Shown here: piece by piece, positions 1 through 11,278 of the stretch | How the letters are laid out: every line of letters starts with the position of its first letter | Numbering within the stretch: the first letter of the stretch is position 1 | Assembly (NCBI RefSeq): GCF_018350175.1 | Contig: NC_058368.1 | Span: forward strand, 237,276,001 to 237,340,000 | Source: Felis catus | Lineage: Eukaryota | Direction: 5' to 3' | DNA length: 64,000 bases | Made by a program: the position numbers and the translations under genes | Notes under the pieces: generated by a model | What the model was told of the DNA's origin: nothing | What the model saw: only the letters and a program-made list of their open reading frames with translations | Database searches by the model: none

Positions 1-739
1 ACAAGATTCGGTCAACTCCGGTCATCCTGCGCGGTGTGGTGGCGGGAGGCGGGCCAAGAAAGTGCCTGTTTTCTTTTCAGTGCTGTGGAATGCTTCTTGC
101 CAGAGGCCCAGGGGGCCGGCGTTCATGTCAGCTTCCTGACGAGGTGGCCCAGGGGGCCTGACATGACCTTCATCCCAGAGAGAGTCTCGGGGACACAGGC
201 GCGTCTCCGAGACGGGAGGTGGCGGGAGGAGCCGTGTCCCGAGCCGCCGCGCGGGCCGGGCCCCGGGCTCCGACGGGCCCACAGCTGTACGTTTCCTGCC
301 CGCAGTGGCGTCCAGCAGCTGCCGGGGGACACTCGGGGCCCTGATGGAAAAGTCTGCATGCTAATTGTCAGGGAAAGGAAACAGGGCCCTCGCTGTTCAA
401 AACCAAAGAGCCATGGAGAATTTGACGTGAGAATTTGATCAAAAAAGACTTTCTTCACGACGGAGTGTGTTTCCTCAAAATAATAAAAGTGTAGACTCCC
501 CAGTGTCTCCGGCAGTCTAGACTGAGGGAGGCTGTGTCCTCTGGATATCACCGTGGCCTGCGCATACCTGTCACCTTGCATCACTGCTCCAACCCTACGG
601 ATGAGCCCAAGTCCTTGCTCTGAGACCGAGCAGGAGCCGGAGGCCCCGGCCCTCCCGGGCTGGCTTGGCGGGACCTCTGTGCCCTCAGTCCCTCGTGCCT
701 TCCCTGGGGGTCCAGCCGTGTGCCGGCCCCGCCCTCGAC

Positions 740-990
740 CCCCCGTTCTTCTCCTACGGTGCCCCAACATCCGCACCGCTCAGGGCTTCTGCATTTTTGT
801 AAATCTGAGATGATAATTTGTGTTTCCCTGGTAAGTGAAGTTGAATACCTTTATTCTCTATTTTTGGCTACTGGAAGGACATCGTTGGCCACGTTTCTTT
901 GGTTGAATGTCTTTATTGACACGTGAGGGCACTGACCTGCTAGGACGGTACTCCTTCCCATCAGTCTGGGTATGCTGAGCCTCGTGTCCC
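740..990 (-). mobile_element. Old L1 (L1M-type) ORF2 3' fragment
   Basis: Resembles reverse-strand L1 text (…ATAATTTGTGTTTCCCTGGTAAGTGAAGTTGAATACCTTTATTC…TTGGCCACGTTTCTTTGGTTGAATGTCTTT); heavily diverged. Confidence 0.5.
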
Positions 991-1190
991 GGAGATCTGA
1001 TCAGCTGTCCCGCTGACCCTCCCTTACAGACGGTCCTGGATGGAGACCCTGTGGCCGAGTCTTCGCCCGACGCACGTGGCCGGATCTTGGCACAGGCCGG
1101 CAGTGTCGGGAGATGCCAGATTTAGACAGGCTGTGCCCTGGGCCGGTCAGCGTAGAGCCCCCGGAGCAGCCTCCTTACAAGTCTCTGCCT

Positions 1191-1244
1191 GGCCATGGGG
1201 TGAGGAAGCTCATGGGGTGAGGCCATGGGGTGAGGACTGTGGGG
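1191..1244. repeat. Short tandem repeat, about 3 copies of CATGGGGTGAGG
   Basis: The unit is directly visible three times, followed by a degenerate fourth copy. Confidence 0.8.
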
Positions 1245-2399
1245 CACCCAGGACGCTGCCTGGTACAGAGGGAAGGGAGTGGGAGAAAGCCCCCCGGCAC
1301 ATGGTATCCCAGATCCTGCACAGGGTCCAGAGACGAGCTTTGTCTCTTTCCACTTTGCTTCCACTGGCCCCAGGGATCGCCCGTCTCCACTCTTACAGCA
1401 GAGTCGGTTTGTTGGCTGTCCCCAGTCCTCACATCGCCAGCGAGCCAGGCCCTTGGAAGGGCTCTATTCCCAGCGCTCCCGCTCACCTCGGGTGCTGCCC
1501 TTCCCCCCATGTCCCCCCATCACTCGGGCGGCGTCTGGTCGTATCTGGTAAAGCCACTTGCCTCGGAAGCTACACTCATCAAAACGTTCAGAGTTGTAAA
1601 GATGTAAAGAGCGTCTGCCCGAAGGCCAAGGTCCCATCCATTACGTCAGTTGTCACAAGGCCGAGAAGCCTGCTGGCCCCTGTGCAGCCGTGGCTCCTGG
1701 AGACCCCGCTGGGGCCCCGACCCAACGCCCCCCTCGCCAACAGGCCGGAGACGTGCCCAGCTCTCGTTGGCCAAGGGGAGAAGATGGCAATTGGCGAAGG
1801 ACCGAAAGCAAGATCTCTGCAGCCCTGCGGTAGGAGTCCGCGTGCTCTGTGTCACCCACGGCTCCGCACCAGCGCCACCCGCTGAAACGGACCCCGTGTT
1901 CTCCTCGGAGACATCGCCGCGGTGGGGGGCACTTGGGAGGCAGAGCTAGTCCGTCCGGTGGCCACCGTCCTGCTTAACCGGTAAGTCCCTGTCAACCTAG
2001 AAAGAAATCAAGGGGGGCACCCCCGGTGCGTGCCTCCCTCCCGGCTTCCCCGTGCCAAATCCTCTCCAGATCCGACCTGTCAGGGGGAGAGCTGTTGGAG
2101 CAGCGCCCCCACCCCCGCCGGCCCTGAGTGGTCCTTGGGTCGGGCAACGAAAAGACATTTCCTGTGTTGTGTGGTGTAATAAGAGCTACAGGTTTTACTC
2201 GAGCTATGAGCTGCACGAGAGGAAATTGGAACGCCCAGAGACAGCTCGCGGTAATTAATCATCGGACGAGGAAACCTGTCAAGGGCCTTTCTAGCGCTGA
2301 TACCCCTGTCAATTACAGTCAGCCCCACACCATCTGTAATTGTTTAAAATATCACCCGTACCAGGATCCACGTTTCTAACACTTAGGCTTCGTTTGCAC

Positions 2400-2830
2400 C
2401 TCCCCGAGAACCCTCTGCAAAATGCGCGGCTTGGCCGGGAGGCGGTGCGGCTGTGTCAACCTCGAAACAGAACGTGAACGTTTAGCAAAACCCTGGAGGC
2501 GTGAAACAAAACCCCAGCGACCTTCCTCGCACCGCAAGCTGACAAGCCGGCGGGGGGCCTCGGCCCTGGCCGAGACTTCACCGGAAGCGAGCAGGTTGCC
2601 GCGTGTCCGTGCCGGGATCGCAAGTGAAAGCAAGCGGGGCTGGGCCAAAAAGAAGACGGGAAACCGAGACCGAAAGACCCGCCGAAAATACAAAACGAGT
2701 CACGTCCGCTCGAAGCGATGCCAGTGCGTCTTTTCCGTCAGGAAGAGGGCACGTGAATGCCGTGTGTGTGTCCGTGTGCTCGCGGCGGGCACGGGGAAGG
2801 AGGCGTGCCGGCGGGAGCCCGCCGTGTGAC
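2400..2830. other. CpG-rich patch
   Basis: High CpG density by eye; no clear promoter or exon structure. Confidence 0.45.
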
Positions 2831-2959
2831 AAGTCGATAGCCTAGTCAGCCACCCTCAAGAGCTAGGCTTTTCTGACTTTTTCTAAGTACGTGGTTAGAG
2901 GAGGTTCGTTGTCTTCATGAACCTATGAAATACAGGGACTTTCTTAGCTAGAACACATT

Positions 2960-3646
2960 TCATAATTGGAGAAAAAAAAGGAGGGGCAGATCTTGGCAGA
3001 GTAATTCCAAATAATGTACGTAAATACCCTTCCCTGCCACAATGCTCCCCCTTGAAGATGCCCAGGACTTGGTGACTATCCCCCAGACAGGGAGTCCAGG
3101 AGGGGGTCTCTACAGTGGGGTCAGCTGGAGATACACCTGAACCAGGCAAGCGAGGCCGACGCCACCTGGTTGTCATGGGGACGTCACGGAGGCGCGGGTG
3201 TGCGCACTGCGGTCACCTCACCGCCACGGCCTTTCCCCTCAAACCCACAACCCCAGGCTCATCATGGCAAAACCTCAACCAAAGTCAAACTGAAGGACAT
3301 TCTACAAAATATCTGGCCGATACTCCTGAGGTTGCCGAAGTCATGGAAAACAAAGTCGGAGAAGCGGTCTTGGGTTAGCGGAGCCTAAGGAGACGCAGGG
3401 GCTAAATGTGAAGAGTGTTCTAGATCAGAGAAAGGACGTTGGCGGAAACATCTGAAATCCACATGAAGTCTGCGCTTAGCCAACAGGGTGTCCACGACGG
3501 TGATTTCTGGCTTTTGGCAAATGTATCCTAGCAATGTCGGATGTGACCCGCAGGGCCAGCTGGGCAAGGGGTGTGTGGGAACTCCCTGAGCTATCGTTGC
3601 AACTTTTCTGTGAACCTAAAGTTACCCCCAAATGGGTAAGTTTAAA
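2960..3646 (+). mobile_element. L1MC3/L1MC4-like 3' UTR fragment
   Basis: Contains …AAACTGAAGGACATTCTACAAAATATCTGGCC… and ends …GGGAACTCCCTGAGCTATCGTTGCAACTTTTCTGTGAACCTAAAGTT, as in recalled L1MC 3' ends. Confidence 0.75.
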
Positions 3647-4729
3647 GCGCGAGATAAGAAGAGTGCTCTTTTCCAAGGCTGAGTCAGCATCGCCGAAACC
3701 AAGCCCGCGGAGGGTCCCTGCTCGCGTATTCTTGCTGCTGGTGACGCATGACCCCCGCTCTCCTGGACGGCAGGCACCTTCTCGGACTGAGAGAGATGAA
3801 ATTAGGGCTGTAAATATAACGAAAACGGAAGTCAAACAAAAGGAAGATAAGCAACCTTTCCCAAGGGTTAAAAACATAAAAGACCGTGTGTTGTTAGAGG
3901 ATGGGTGTCAGAGCAGTGACATGTTTGGGGTCCGAGATCGTTCACTCGAGACACATGAGGATAGGCGCCTCTTCGACATCACGCTTGAATTTCAAGACTG
4001 CTCATGGGCTTTTAAAGTGATGATAATGGACATCCAATCAGCGGAAGGAACAATGTGACAATTTTATTTTAAGATGGTAACATTTATAATTCACCAAAAA
4101 TGACATATTCCGCAACTATTTAAATAGGATGGAAAAATCTAAGTGTCAACAAAGAGATGTGGGGGGGTGACACACAGTGGTGACATGGTGGCCTCAGGGA
4201 CTGTGTGCGGAGAGTTTGGGGACCCTGGTCCTGGAGGGGCCGTGGCTGGCACGCAGGCGGGTGTCCTGGGAGCTGCGGGTCTCCCTGCTCTCCAGGCTCT
4301 GAGGAGCGGGTCCCCGGGGAGACGTGGGTCCCCTGAGTCAGTGTCATGGCAGCTCTGTGTCGGGGGGCAGGTGGGGTGGGCACTCCCTCCGTGAGCCAGG
4401 GGGACAGCACCACACAGACACGGAGGCAGGACACGCACCCCCGGACCCCCTCCCGTACAGAGTGTCTGAGACCCAGGCGGGCGATCGGCACGGCCGCTCC
4501 CGGGCTAGTCCCTCCCCCGATCCCGCAAGTGTCCCGTGGCTTCCAGAAACCGTCAGAAACGTGGTTCTGGTGGCTGCTGGTTTGTTTCTGTGTTGTTCCC
4601 ACAGCTCTTGATCTGGTGCAGCCACCTTCGCTCAACTTTCACGCGAAGTGCGGGGAGACGGTTTTCTCCAGGGTCTCGACAATTCCCCTCTCCGTGTTCT
4701 ATCGAGAGAAGCTTTTACGTCGCAGAAAG

Positions 4730-5196
4730 GGCCCAAATGTCCACTGACTGATGAATAGATTAAGAAGGTGTGGCACAGACATAGACAATGCCATACTACC
4801 CGGCGACAAAAAACAACAAAATCTGGCCATATGCGACAACGTGGATGGAACTAGAGGGTATTGTGCTGAGCGCAAGAGGTCAGAGAAAGACACATGTACG
4901 ATTTCACTCAGATGTGGAATTGAAGAAACACACCAGACGAACATAGGGGAAGGGAAGGAAGATAAAAGCAGAGAGGGAGACTCTTAAACACAGAGAACCA
5001 ACTGAGGGCTGCTGGTGGGGGGTGGGGAGGTGGGCTAAACAGGTGACGGGCATCTGGGCCTCAAGGGGGCTTGAGGGGCACTGGCTGTCATACACAAGTG
5101 ACGACTCCCTGAGTTCTGCTCCTGAAAACGTCATTACACCCTATGTTAACTAACTTGGATTTCAATAAAATAAAAAACAAACAAACAAAAATAAAA
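4730..5196 (+). mobile_element. Carnivore L1 (L1_Carn/L1_Fc-like) 3' end with A-rich tail
   Basis: CCAAATGTCCACTGACTGATGAATAGATTAAGAAGGTGTGG…TGGATGGAACTAGAGGGTATT…TATGTTAACTAACTTGGATTTCAATAAAATAAAAAACAAAC. Confidence 0.85.
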
Positions 5197-8170
5197 GTAA
5201 ATTTCAGAAGTTAAGGAAAAGAGAAGATTTTGTTTTGCTGTCATCATTATTAAGAGCATCGTAACTTCCTGGCTGCCTGGCATGGACTCTCGTGCTCTGG
5301 AGGGAGGCGGTGTAGAAACCGAGAGCCGGGCTGTTTTGTTCTGGGGTCCAGGGACAGCCAGAGCCCTGAGGGTGGGGTCTGCCGGGACCAGGGGCTCCCC
5401 GTGCAGCCAGCGGGCCAAGTACCCTGCTAGTCCCACCCACCAGATGAGCACGAGGGGCCGGAGCATCGAGCTCACAACTGGGCCTGACGGACCGGAGGCC
5501 CCACGTCGATGCCCTGACACCCTGCTGGCCATCGGAGCTGCGACGTCACCCCGAGCTGCCTGGGGCTCGCCCGGCTTCCCGACTCCCAGTGGCCAGGACA
5601 TCTCCACGCAACACGGTCCCCTACCGGTGGTGGCCTTGGGAGAAAGGCTTTAACCCCCGTCTGGACATTTTATCATTGTAAACCAAGGACACCCCCCCAC
5701 AGCAGGGTTGCTGTGTTGGCGGCTCAGGAAGGCTCTCTGGGAGGTGTGGGGGCTCCCCGTGGCTGTACTCAGGAAAACATTTGAGGATCAGGGGGAAAGC
5801 CAAGCGGGCGTCTGAAGAGGGCTGACCCAGGCAGACCCCAGTCCTGGGGACAAGTGTGGGTGCCACTGGAGCTAAGCACCCCCGGCTCACTTCCGCAGTC
5901 ACTCAGAGGGCCAGGCCGGAGCGCACCCCAGCGCCCCATGCAGAGTGCTGGCCGCCCCCCGCACCATGGCAAAGCCCAAGCCTCCCCCCCAGTCTCCTGC
6001 AAACCCAGAATGCACAGCCAGAACAAAGCGAGTTTTCTGAGTCTGACACGTGAACACCATAATTGAATGTGATGGCATAATTCTGGGGCTTTTACCCTGG
6101 CACCAAGGACTCGCAAGGCTCCCAGCTGCACTTCACAAAGTTGCTCGGCGGCCGCGGCCGCTTGGACACGTACTAAACGTGCAATCACGGACGAATGGGG
6201 TAATCACAGGGCGCTTGTCTGTGAGCCCGCTCACGATTGATCATTAGGATCGATCGCTTCCCCAAGCGCGCCAAGCATTTCCCACCACAGATGAAAAGCA
6301 CTCTCTCTTAAACATGGCCAGACGTGGAAGATAATTTCATTTTACCTTTAAATTTTGAACCCAGTCAATGGGCGAGGACTCTCTCCCTTTTCAAAACATG
6401 AACAGCAACTAGCTGCTCATCAGTGAAAGAACACGTCCATCGTCGTCACACAACGTTCGCTCTCGGGTGGCTCTAAAATGGAGGAGGCACAAAGTGTGCC
6501 AACTTGTAACCTGCAAAGGGACCATGCACAGTGTAGACCACACCCTGCGTGTGGACGGGTCGCGGCTCCCAGGAGGCCCGTTTCCCAGATGCCCCGGGGG
6601 AGGCCCCCCTCAGTCTTCTCAGGGGTGTGACTCAAGCTGCGTCCGTGGCCTCCATCGCACGGCCACCGGCGTTCCTGCTGTGATGCCCACACGGTCGGTC
6701 CTGTCTTCCGCAGCGGTGCTGAGACTCAAGGCTCCTTTATGCTCCAGGAGCCCCCAGAGGCCTCTGGACAGGCCCGCCCCCTCCTCCCGAATCGAGCAAC
6801 GGGCCTGGTGACAGGGGGCCCCTCTGAGGACCCTACACGAGCCCACCAAGCATTCGAAACCAGCCTGCGTGCACGTGTACGTGTGTGTTTATGCTTCAAG
6901 ACATCAGAGGGGCATATTTCTCAAGACAAGGCAGCGGAGTATACGCGAAAGCACCTAAGAACCAATACAGTGCTTTCCAAAGGCGGAGACCATTCGTGAT
7001 AACCGATGCCGCGAACACACGTTTTGCTCGTAACGTGGTCAAAGTGTTTAGTATCAGACCAGCCTCCTGTGGCTTAGCACTGACCCCGGATCTGTCGTCC
7101 TCCCGTTGTAGACCCCAGAGCAGGGGGGTGGCCGGGGGCCGGCCCGCGGGGACCTGGGCCACGGCCGGAGCCAGCCGGCGGGGGTGAGGCGGGCCCCCAC
7201 CCGTCTCTGGAACACGGGTGCACCGGGGGTCTTCGTGGTCTGGTTTCTAGTCTCCTCACCACCCGTGGACAAACACACCAGAGGGAAGCGTCGGGAAACC
7301 GAGCGGCGGGAGAGAGCTGGCTCTCAGGACGCAGGCAGCGCCCGAGGCTGACGCCCCCAGCAGGGCCGCCGGGTCGGTGGGGACTCGATTTCCCATTTCA
7401 CACACACTGGCGGCCGACGCTGAGATGGGGGGCCGCACCCAGCCCGAGAGCAAGCCCATCTCACAGGAACGACCCGCGAGGATGAACAGGCCCCGTGTCG
7501 AAAGCTTTTTGATCTTCACGAAAGATGGTTGCCAGATGGGGAACCGGCACCGTGCGAATATAGCAAATACCCACTTAAAATTCTCTTTATCTTGTTCAGC
7601 TTTTCCCTGCAAGTCTGATTAGGGGAGAAATTTATCATGGCTGTGAGGTGGGGAGGGCTTCTAAGGGAAGGAGCTTACTTCTTGGGAGATGCCAGCCCAC
7701 CGGCGTGCAATTTAAGACTCTTGTCACTCAGTCAAAAGGACTCGCTTCTACCCGGGAGTAATAAAACACATAAGGAACAAATTTATGGAAAATATTCACC
7801 GATTGATCTGTTTAGTACTCAGATATGGAGAAAAGGGAGAGACAGGTTTTGAAAATCTCTTGCCCACATTTTTTCAACCTGGCCAGCCCGCCCCCACGCA
7901 CGACCCTTTCTTCTCTTGGCCTTCTGGCTGAGTCTAAAGCGAGTCTCTGAGATGGACCTGATGATACGGAAAATACACCTGAAAAAAACGTTTTTAAGGT
8001 TTCTACCCCACACTGGAACTACTCGTGTCTGGAGAGAAAGATGGAGGTCGATGTAGATGCCTTTGTATCCTGTGGACCTAAATGGAATGCTACGTATTTA
8101 CATGTGCCCTCGCTGGTAACGTGTAAACTTAATTCAGAGAAACTTCATGACCTTTTAATCAAATATATTA

Positions 8171-8196
8171 TCTGTTATTTGTTTTATCTTTTGATT

Positions 8197-8236
<40 letters not shown>

Positions 8237-8403
8237 CTTGAGCAGGGGAGGGGCAGAGAGAGAGGGAGACACAGAATCCGAAGCAGGCTCCAGGTTCCGA
8301 GCTGTCAGCACAGAGCCCGACGGGGGGCTCGAACTCACAAACCAAGAGATCGTGACCTGAGCCGAAGTTGGACGATTAACCGACTCAGCCACCCAGGCGC
8401 CCC
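8171..8403 (-). mobile_element. Can-SINE (SINEC_Fc-type)
   Basis: tRNA-derived head reversed (…CACCCAGGCGCCCC), (GA)n tract; target-site duplication (TSD) AAATATATTA at 8161-8170 and 8405-8414. Confidence 0.95.
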
Positions 8404-10082
8404 CAAATATATTAATTTTTCAATGAAAGCTTTTAAGTAAAACTTCTAAATTGGTATCGAAGCATCTCTCATGAAGAATTTATCTCAACACTAACAAGGA
8501 GTAAGTTTAGAATTCATGTTTGGGGGACAAAGTATGGGTCCAAAGCAGTGGAATCTGATGAGCCTGCCGTAATGACAGATTCATGCTTCCACTTCCCTGT
8601 CGCACTGAGAAAACACAAGCAATTTGCCAGTTGCGTGCATTTTTCTGGCACGATGCACACTGCTGATGTGCACATCCCCCAGTTCTGCAAAGAGCCCCTG
8701 TGAGGATCAATGCCCATGCTTTGAGCGTATTGAAAATGCTGCATTTTAGAATGCGCTAAAAATAGAGCCACTTCCGCTGGTGTAGACACACACGTGCCAG
8801 GTGGCAGCTTCCAGGGAAGTCCCGTTGACCTCCACGGGCTGTCCCCGGTGCCTATTGTCTACTGGTCAGTGGCTTTTGACTCCTGAGTCAGAAATCAGCA
8901 ATTTTCTCAGTTTGGCATTGCTAGAGAAATGGGAATAATATTCACTCAGAATGCTAATTTAGAGTATTCAAATCAAAATTAGGCAAGAAATTCATTCCAC
9001 TCCACTCTCCTTCCAGGTGTTTTAAAGAAAACCTCAGATTCGGGAATGTGGGACCAATTGCCTTTGTAAGTAGCAGCCATCAGACTCGAGATCCCAAGCT
9101 AAACATGGGCAACAATAACGCTTAATCCTTAATAAGTTGACATACATGAATCAAGGGAGCTCGTTATGTGTGGAAGTAACGTATTGGGATTGAAAAAACA
9201 GCCGGCCAATAATCTGGGTGTGTTACATTTGCTGGGCATTTTTTTTGGACATCAGTGAAACTGACTGCTAATATCACCAACACTGAGATTTAAAAGTATT
9301 AATTAATCAAGTATCAAAATCAGGCCTTGGAAGACAGTCTCTTCTCTTCTCAACTTACCTAGGTTTTAGGATCAGAGTCAAATCCTCTGTTGATGACACC
9401 ACAAACCGCTATCACAACAGCCACACAACTGACTCAGCCACACGGTCACCGCCTCCAGTCCAGTGTCGTCAGATGCTCTGCCACATTGGCCACTGCACAT
9501 GGGCACCTGCCGGGGCCTGCCCCTCCCGAACACCCCCTGCCCCCAACTGTCTCCTTGCAGACCTCCCACCACTGCCACGTGAGGACCAACTGTGCCCAGA
9601 ACACAGTCTCTCATCCGAGAGCAATACCGCCTCTTGGTGACGTCGTGCCCCAGGACCTTTGCCCTCGAGGTCATTGCCATCTTCCCAGACATCATGGAGG
9701 CAAAGTGCTCCAGCAGAAAGCACCTGAGCCATGGGCTCCCTGGCTGATGCCTCCCTCTCTGGGGGAAGCAGTTGGTAGGGAACGTGTCCAGCCCCCTTTG
9801 CTGACTGTGCCCAGAGATGGAGGGATGTTCAGAGGGAAAGAGAGAGCTCAGGAGGAGGCCCGGGCATTTCTCCTGCACTTTCCCCAAGTGGCCTCCGGCT
9901 TGGGTGGACGTGGGCCTGGCCCCAGGCCGTGCGCCCTCTGCAGACCCTGCCTCTTCCGCATGCAGAGTTTCCCTGAGAGGGAAACAGAGTCCGGGGCTGG
10001 GGGGCTGCCCCGACGGCTGTCCCAGGCCTACCAACAAGTTAGGTGGGTGAAATCAGACACAGTGTCACCAAACAGGAGGGCG

Positions 10083-10085
<3 letters not shown>

Positions 10086-10145
<60 letters not shown>

Positions 10146-10173
10146 TCCTTCCTTCCTTCCTTCCTTCCTTCCT

Positions 10174-10212
<39 letters not shown>

Positions 10213-10220
10213 CTCCTTTC
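10086..10220. repeat. Compound microsatellite (TTTC)n(TTCC)n(TTTC)n
   Basis: Pure polypyrimidine tetranucleotide array. Confidence 0.97.
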
Positions 10221-10840
10221 TAACCATAACCCAAAATAATTGGGCTTTAAGACCCCAAAACCCAGAGCCTCTGTAAAGCCGGAGCACCATAATGTCACCA
10301 CCAGTGCTCCAGGGCCGCCGCCCCAGCATCTCTGCAGCGACCCCCTTCCGGGTGAGGACAGTCCTTTCCATCACCACTTCTGAGGAGCAAACTGCTCAGC
10401 CACTCACGGAGCCCGTCGGGGCTGGAGGCTCCGGCCTCCTCCTTCCTCCCTAAAGTGAGGACCGGCCACAGCCCTCCTGGAGCACCTGCGTCCGGTAGGG
10501 AGAAGGTGGCTTCTAGTGTTCCCAACACCCATTGCACCTCCGCAGGTGCACACAACAGCCTGGCCTTGTGCACAGGGGAGGCCACACCGCACTGAGGGCA
10601 CCTGCCAAACTAGCAGAGACCACGTGTACGAGAAGTCCGGTGTCCTCCCCCCAGGGGCCTCATAGACCCTCCAGGAAGGTCAGCTCCTCACCTACCCCGA
10701 GGATGGTGTGGGATTGGCTTGCTCTGAGAAGCATCATGGAAGCAGTGTGGGACGAATGTCCAGCCCACGTATCCATGCATTCAAAAATGTGTCTTCTTTG
10801 GGGCACCTGGGGCGCTGGGTTGGTTAAGTGTCCGATTCTT

Positions 10841-11278
10841 TTTTAAAAAAATTTAAAAATGGGGGTGCCTGGGTGGCTCAGTCGGTTGGGCGTCCGACTT
10901 CGGCTCAGGTCATGATCTCACTGTCTGTGAGTTCAAGCCCCGCGTCGGGCTCTGTGCCGACAGCTGGGAGCCTGGAGCCCGCTTCAGATTCTGTGTCTCC
11001 CTCTCTCTCTGACCCTCCCCTGTTCATGCTCTGTCTCTCTCTGTCTCAAAAAAATAAATAAAGGTTAAAGAAATTTTTAAATGTCTTTCTTTATTTTTGA
11101 GAGAGAGAGAGCATGAGCAGGGGAGGGGCAGAGAGAGAGGGAGACACAGGATCCAAAACGAGATCCAGGCTCTGAGCTGTCGGCACAGAGCCCGACGTGG
11201 GGCTCGAAATCACGGACCGTGAGATCATGACCTGAGCCAAAGTTGGAGGCTCAACCGACTGAGCCACCCAGGTGCCCC
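10841..11278 (-). mobile_element. Can-SINE inserted in the outer SINE; its tail is interrupted by a third SINE
   Basis: Body about 11084-11278; TSD AAGTGTC(C/T)GATTCTT at 10826-10840 and 11279-11293. Confidence 0.9.
10861..11064 (+). mobile_element. Can-SINE (SINEC_Fc-type), innermost insertion
   Basis: Complete head GGGGGTGCCTGGGTGGCTCAGTCGGTT, (CT)n tract and A-tail; flanked by imperfect TTAAA(A/G)AAATTT..AAATG duplicates. Confidence 0.93.

Noticed and set aside
1..90. Possible splice acceptors at the left edge (plus-strand TTTTCTTTTCAG at about 80; minus-strand CGCAG at about 27)
   Set aside because: There is too little downstream sequence, or no recognisable peptide, to support an exon call.
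1040..1885. Longest ORF (281 aa) and the many other 60-270 aa ORFs
   Set aside because: Pro/Gly/Arg/Ala-rich translations overlapping on both strands, as expected in GC-rich DNA with few stop codons; no recognisable domain or exon structure.
2839..2882. AGCCTAG…CTAGGCT hairpin followed by T runs, resembling an intrinsic terminator
   Set aside because: Eukaryotic DNA, a stem of only 7 bp with a long loop, and no upstream gene.
8168..8440. Recurring ORFs such as 'MAQSVKRPTSAQVMIS…' and 'GRGRERGRHRIRSRLQ…'
   Set aside because: These are translations of Can-SINE copies, not a gene family.
9390..10223. 277-aa ORF with a Phe/Leu/Ser-rich, membrane-like C-terminus
   Set aside because: The tail is the translated (TTTC)n microsatellite, and the rest resembles no known protein.
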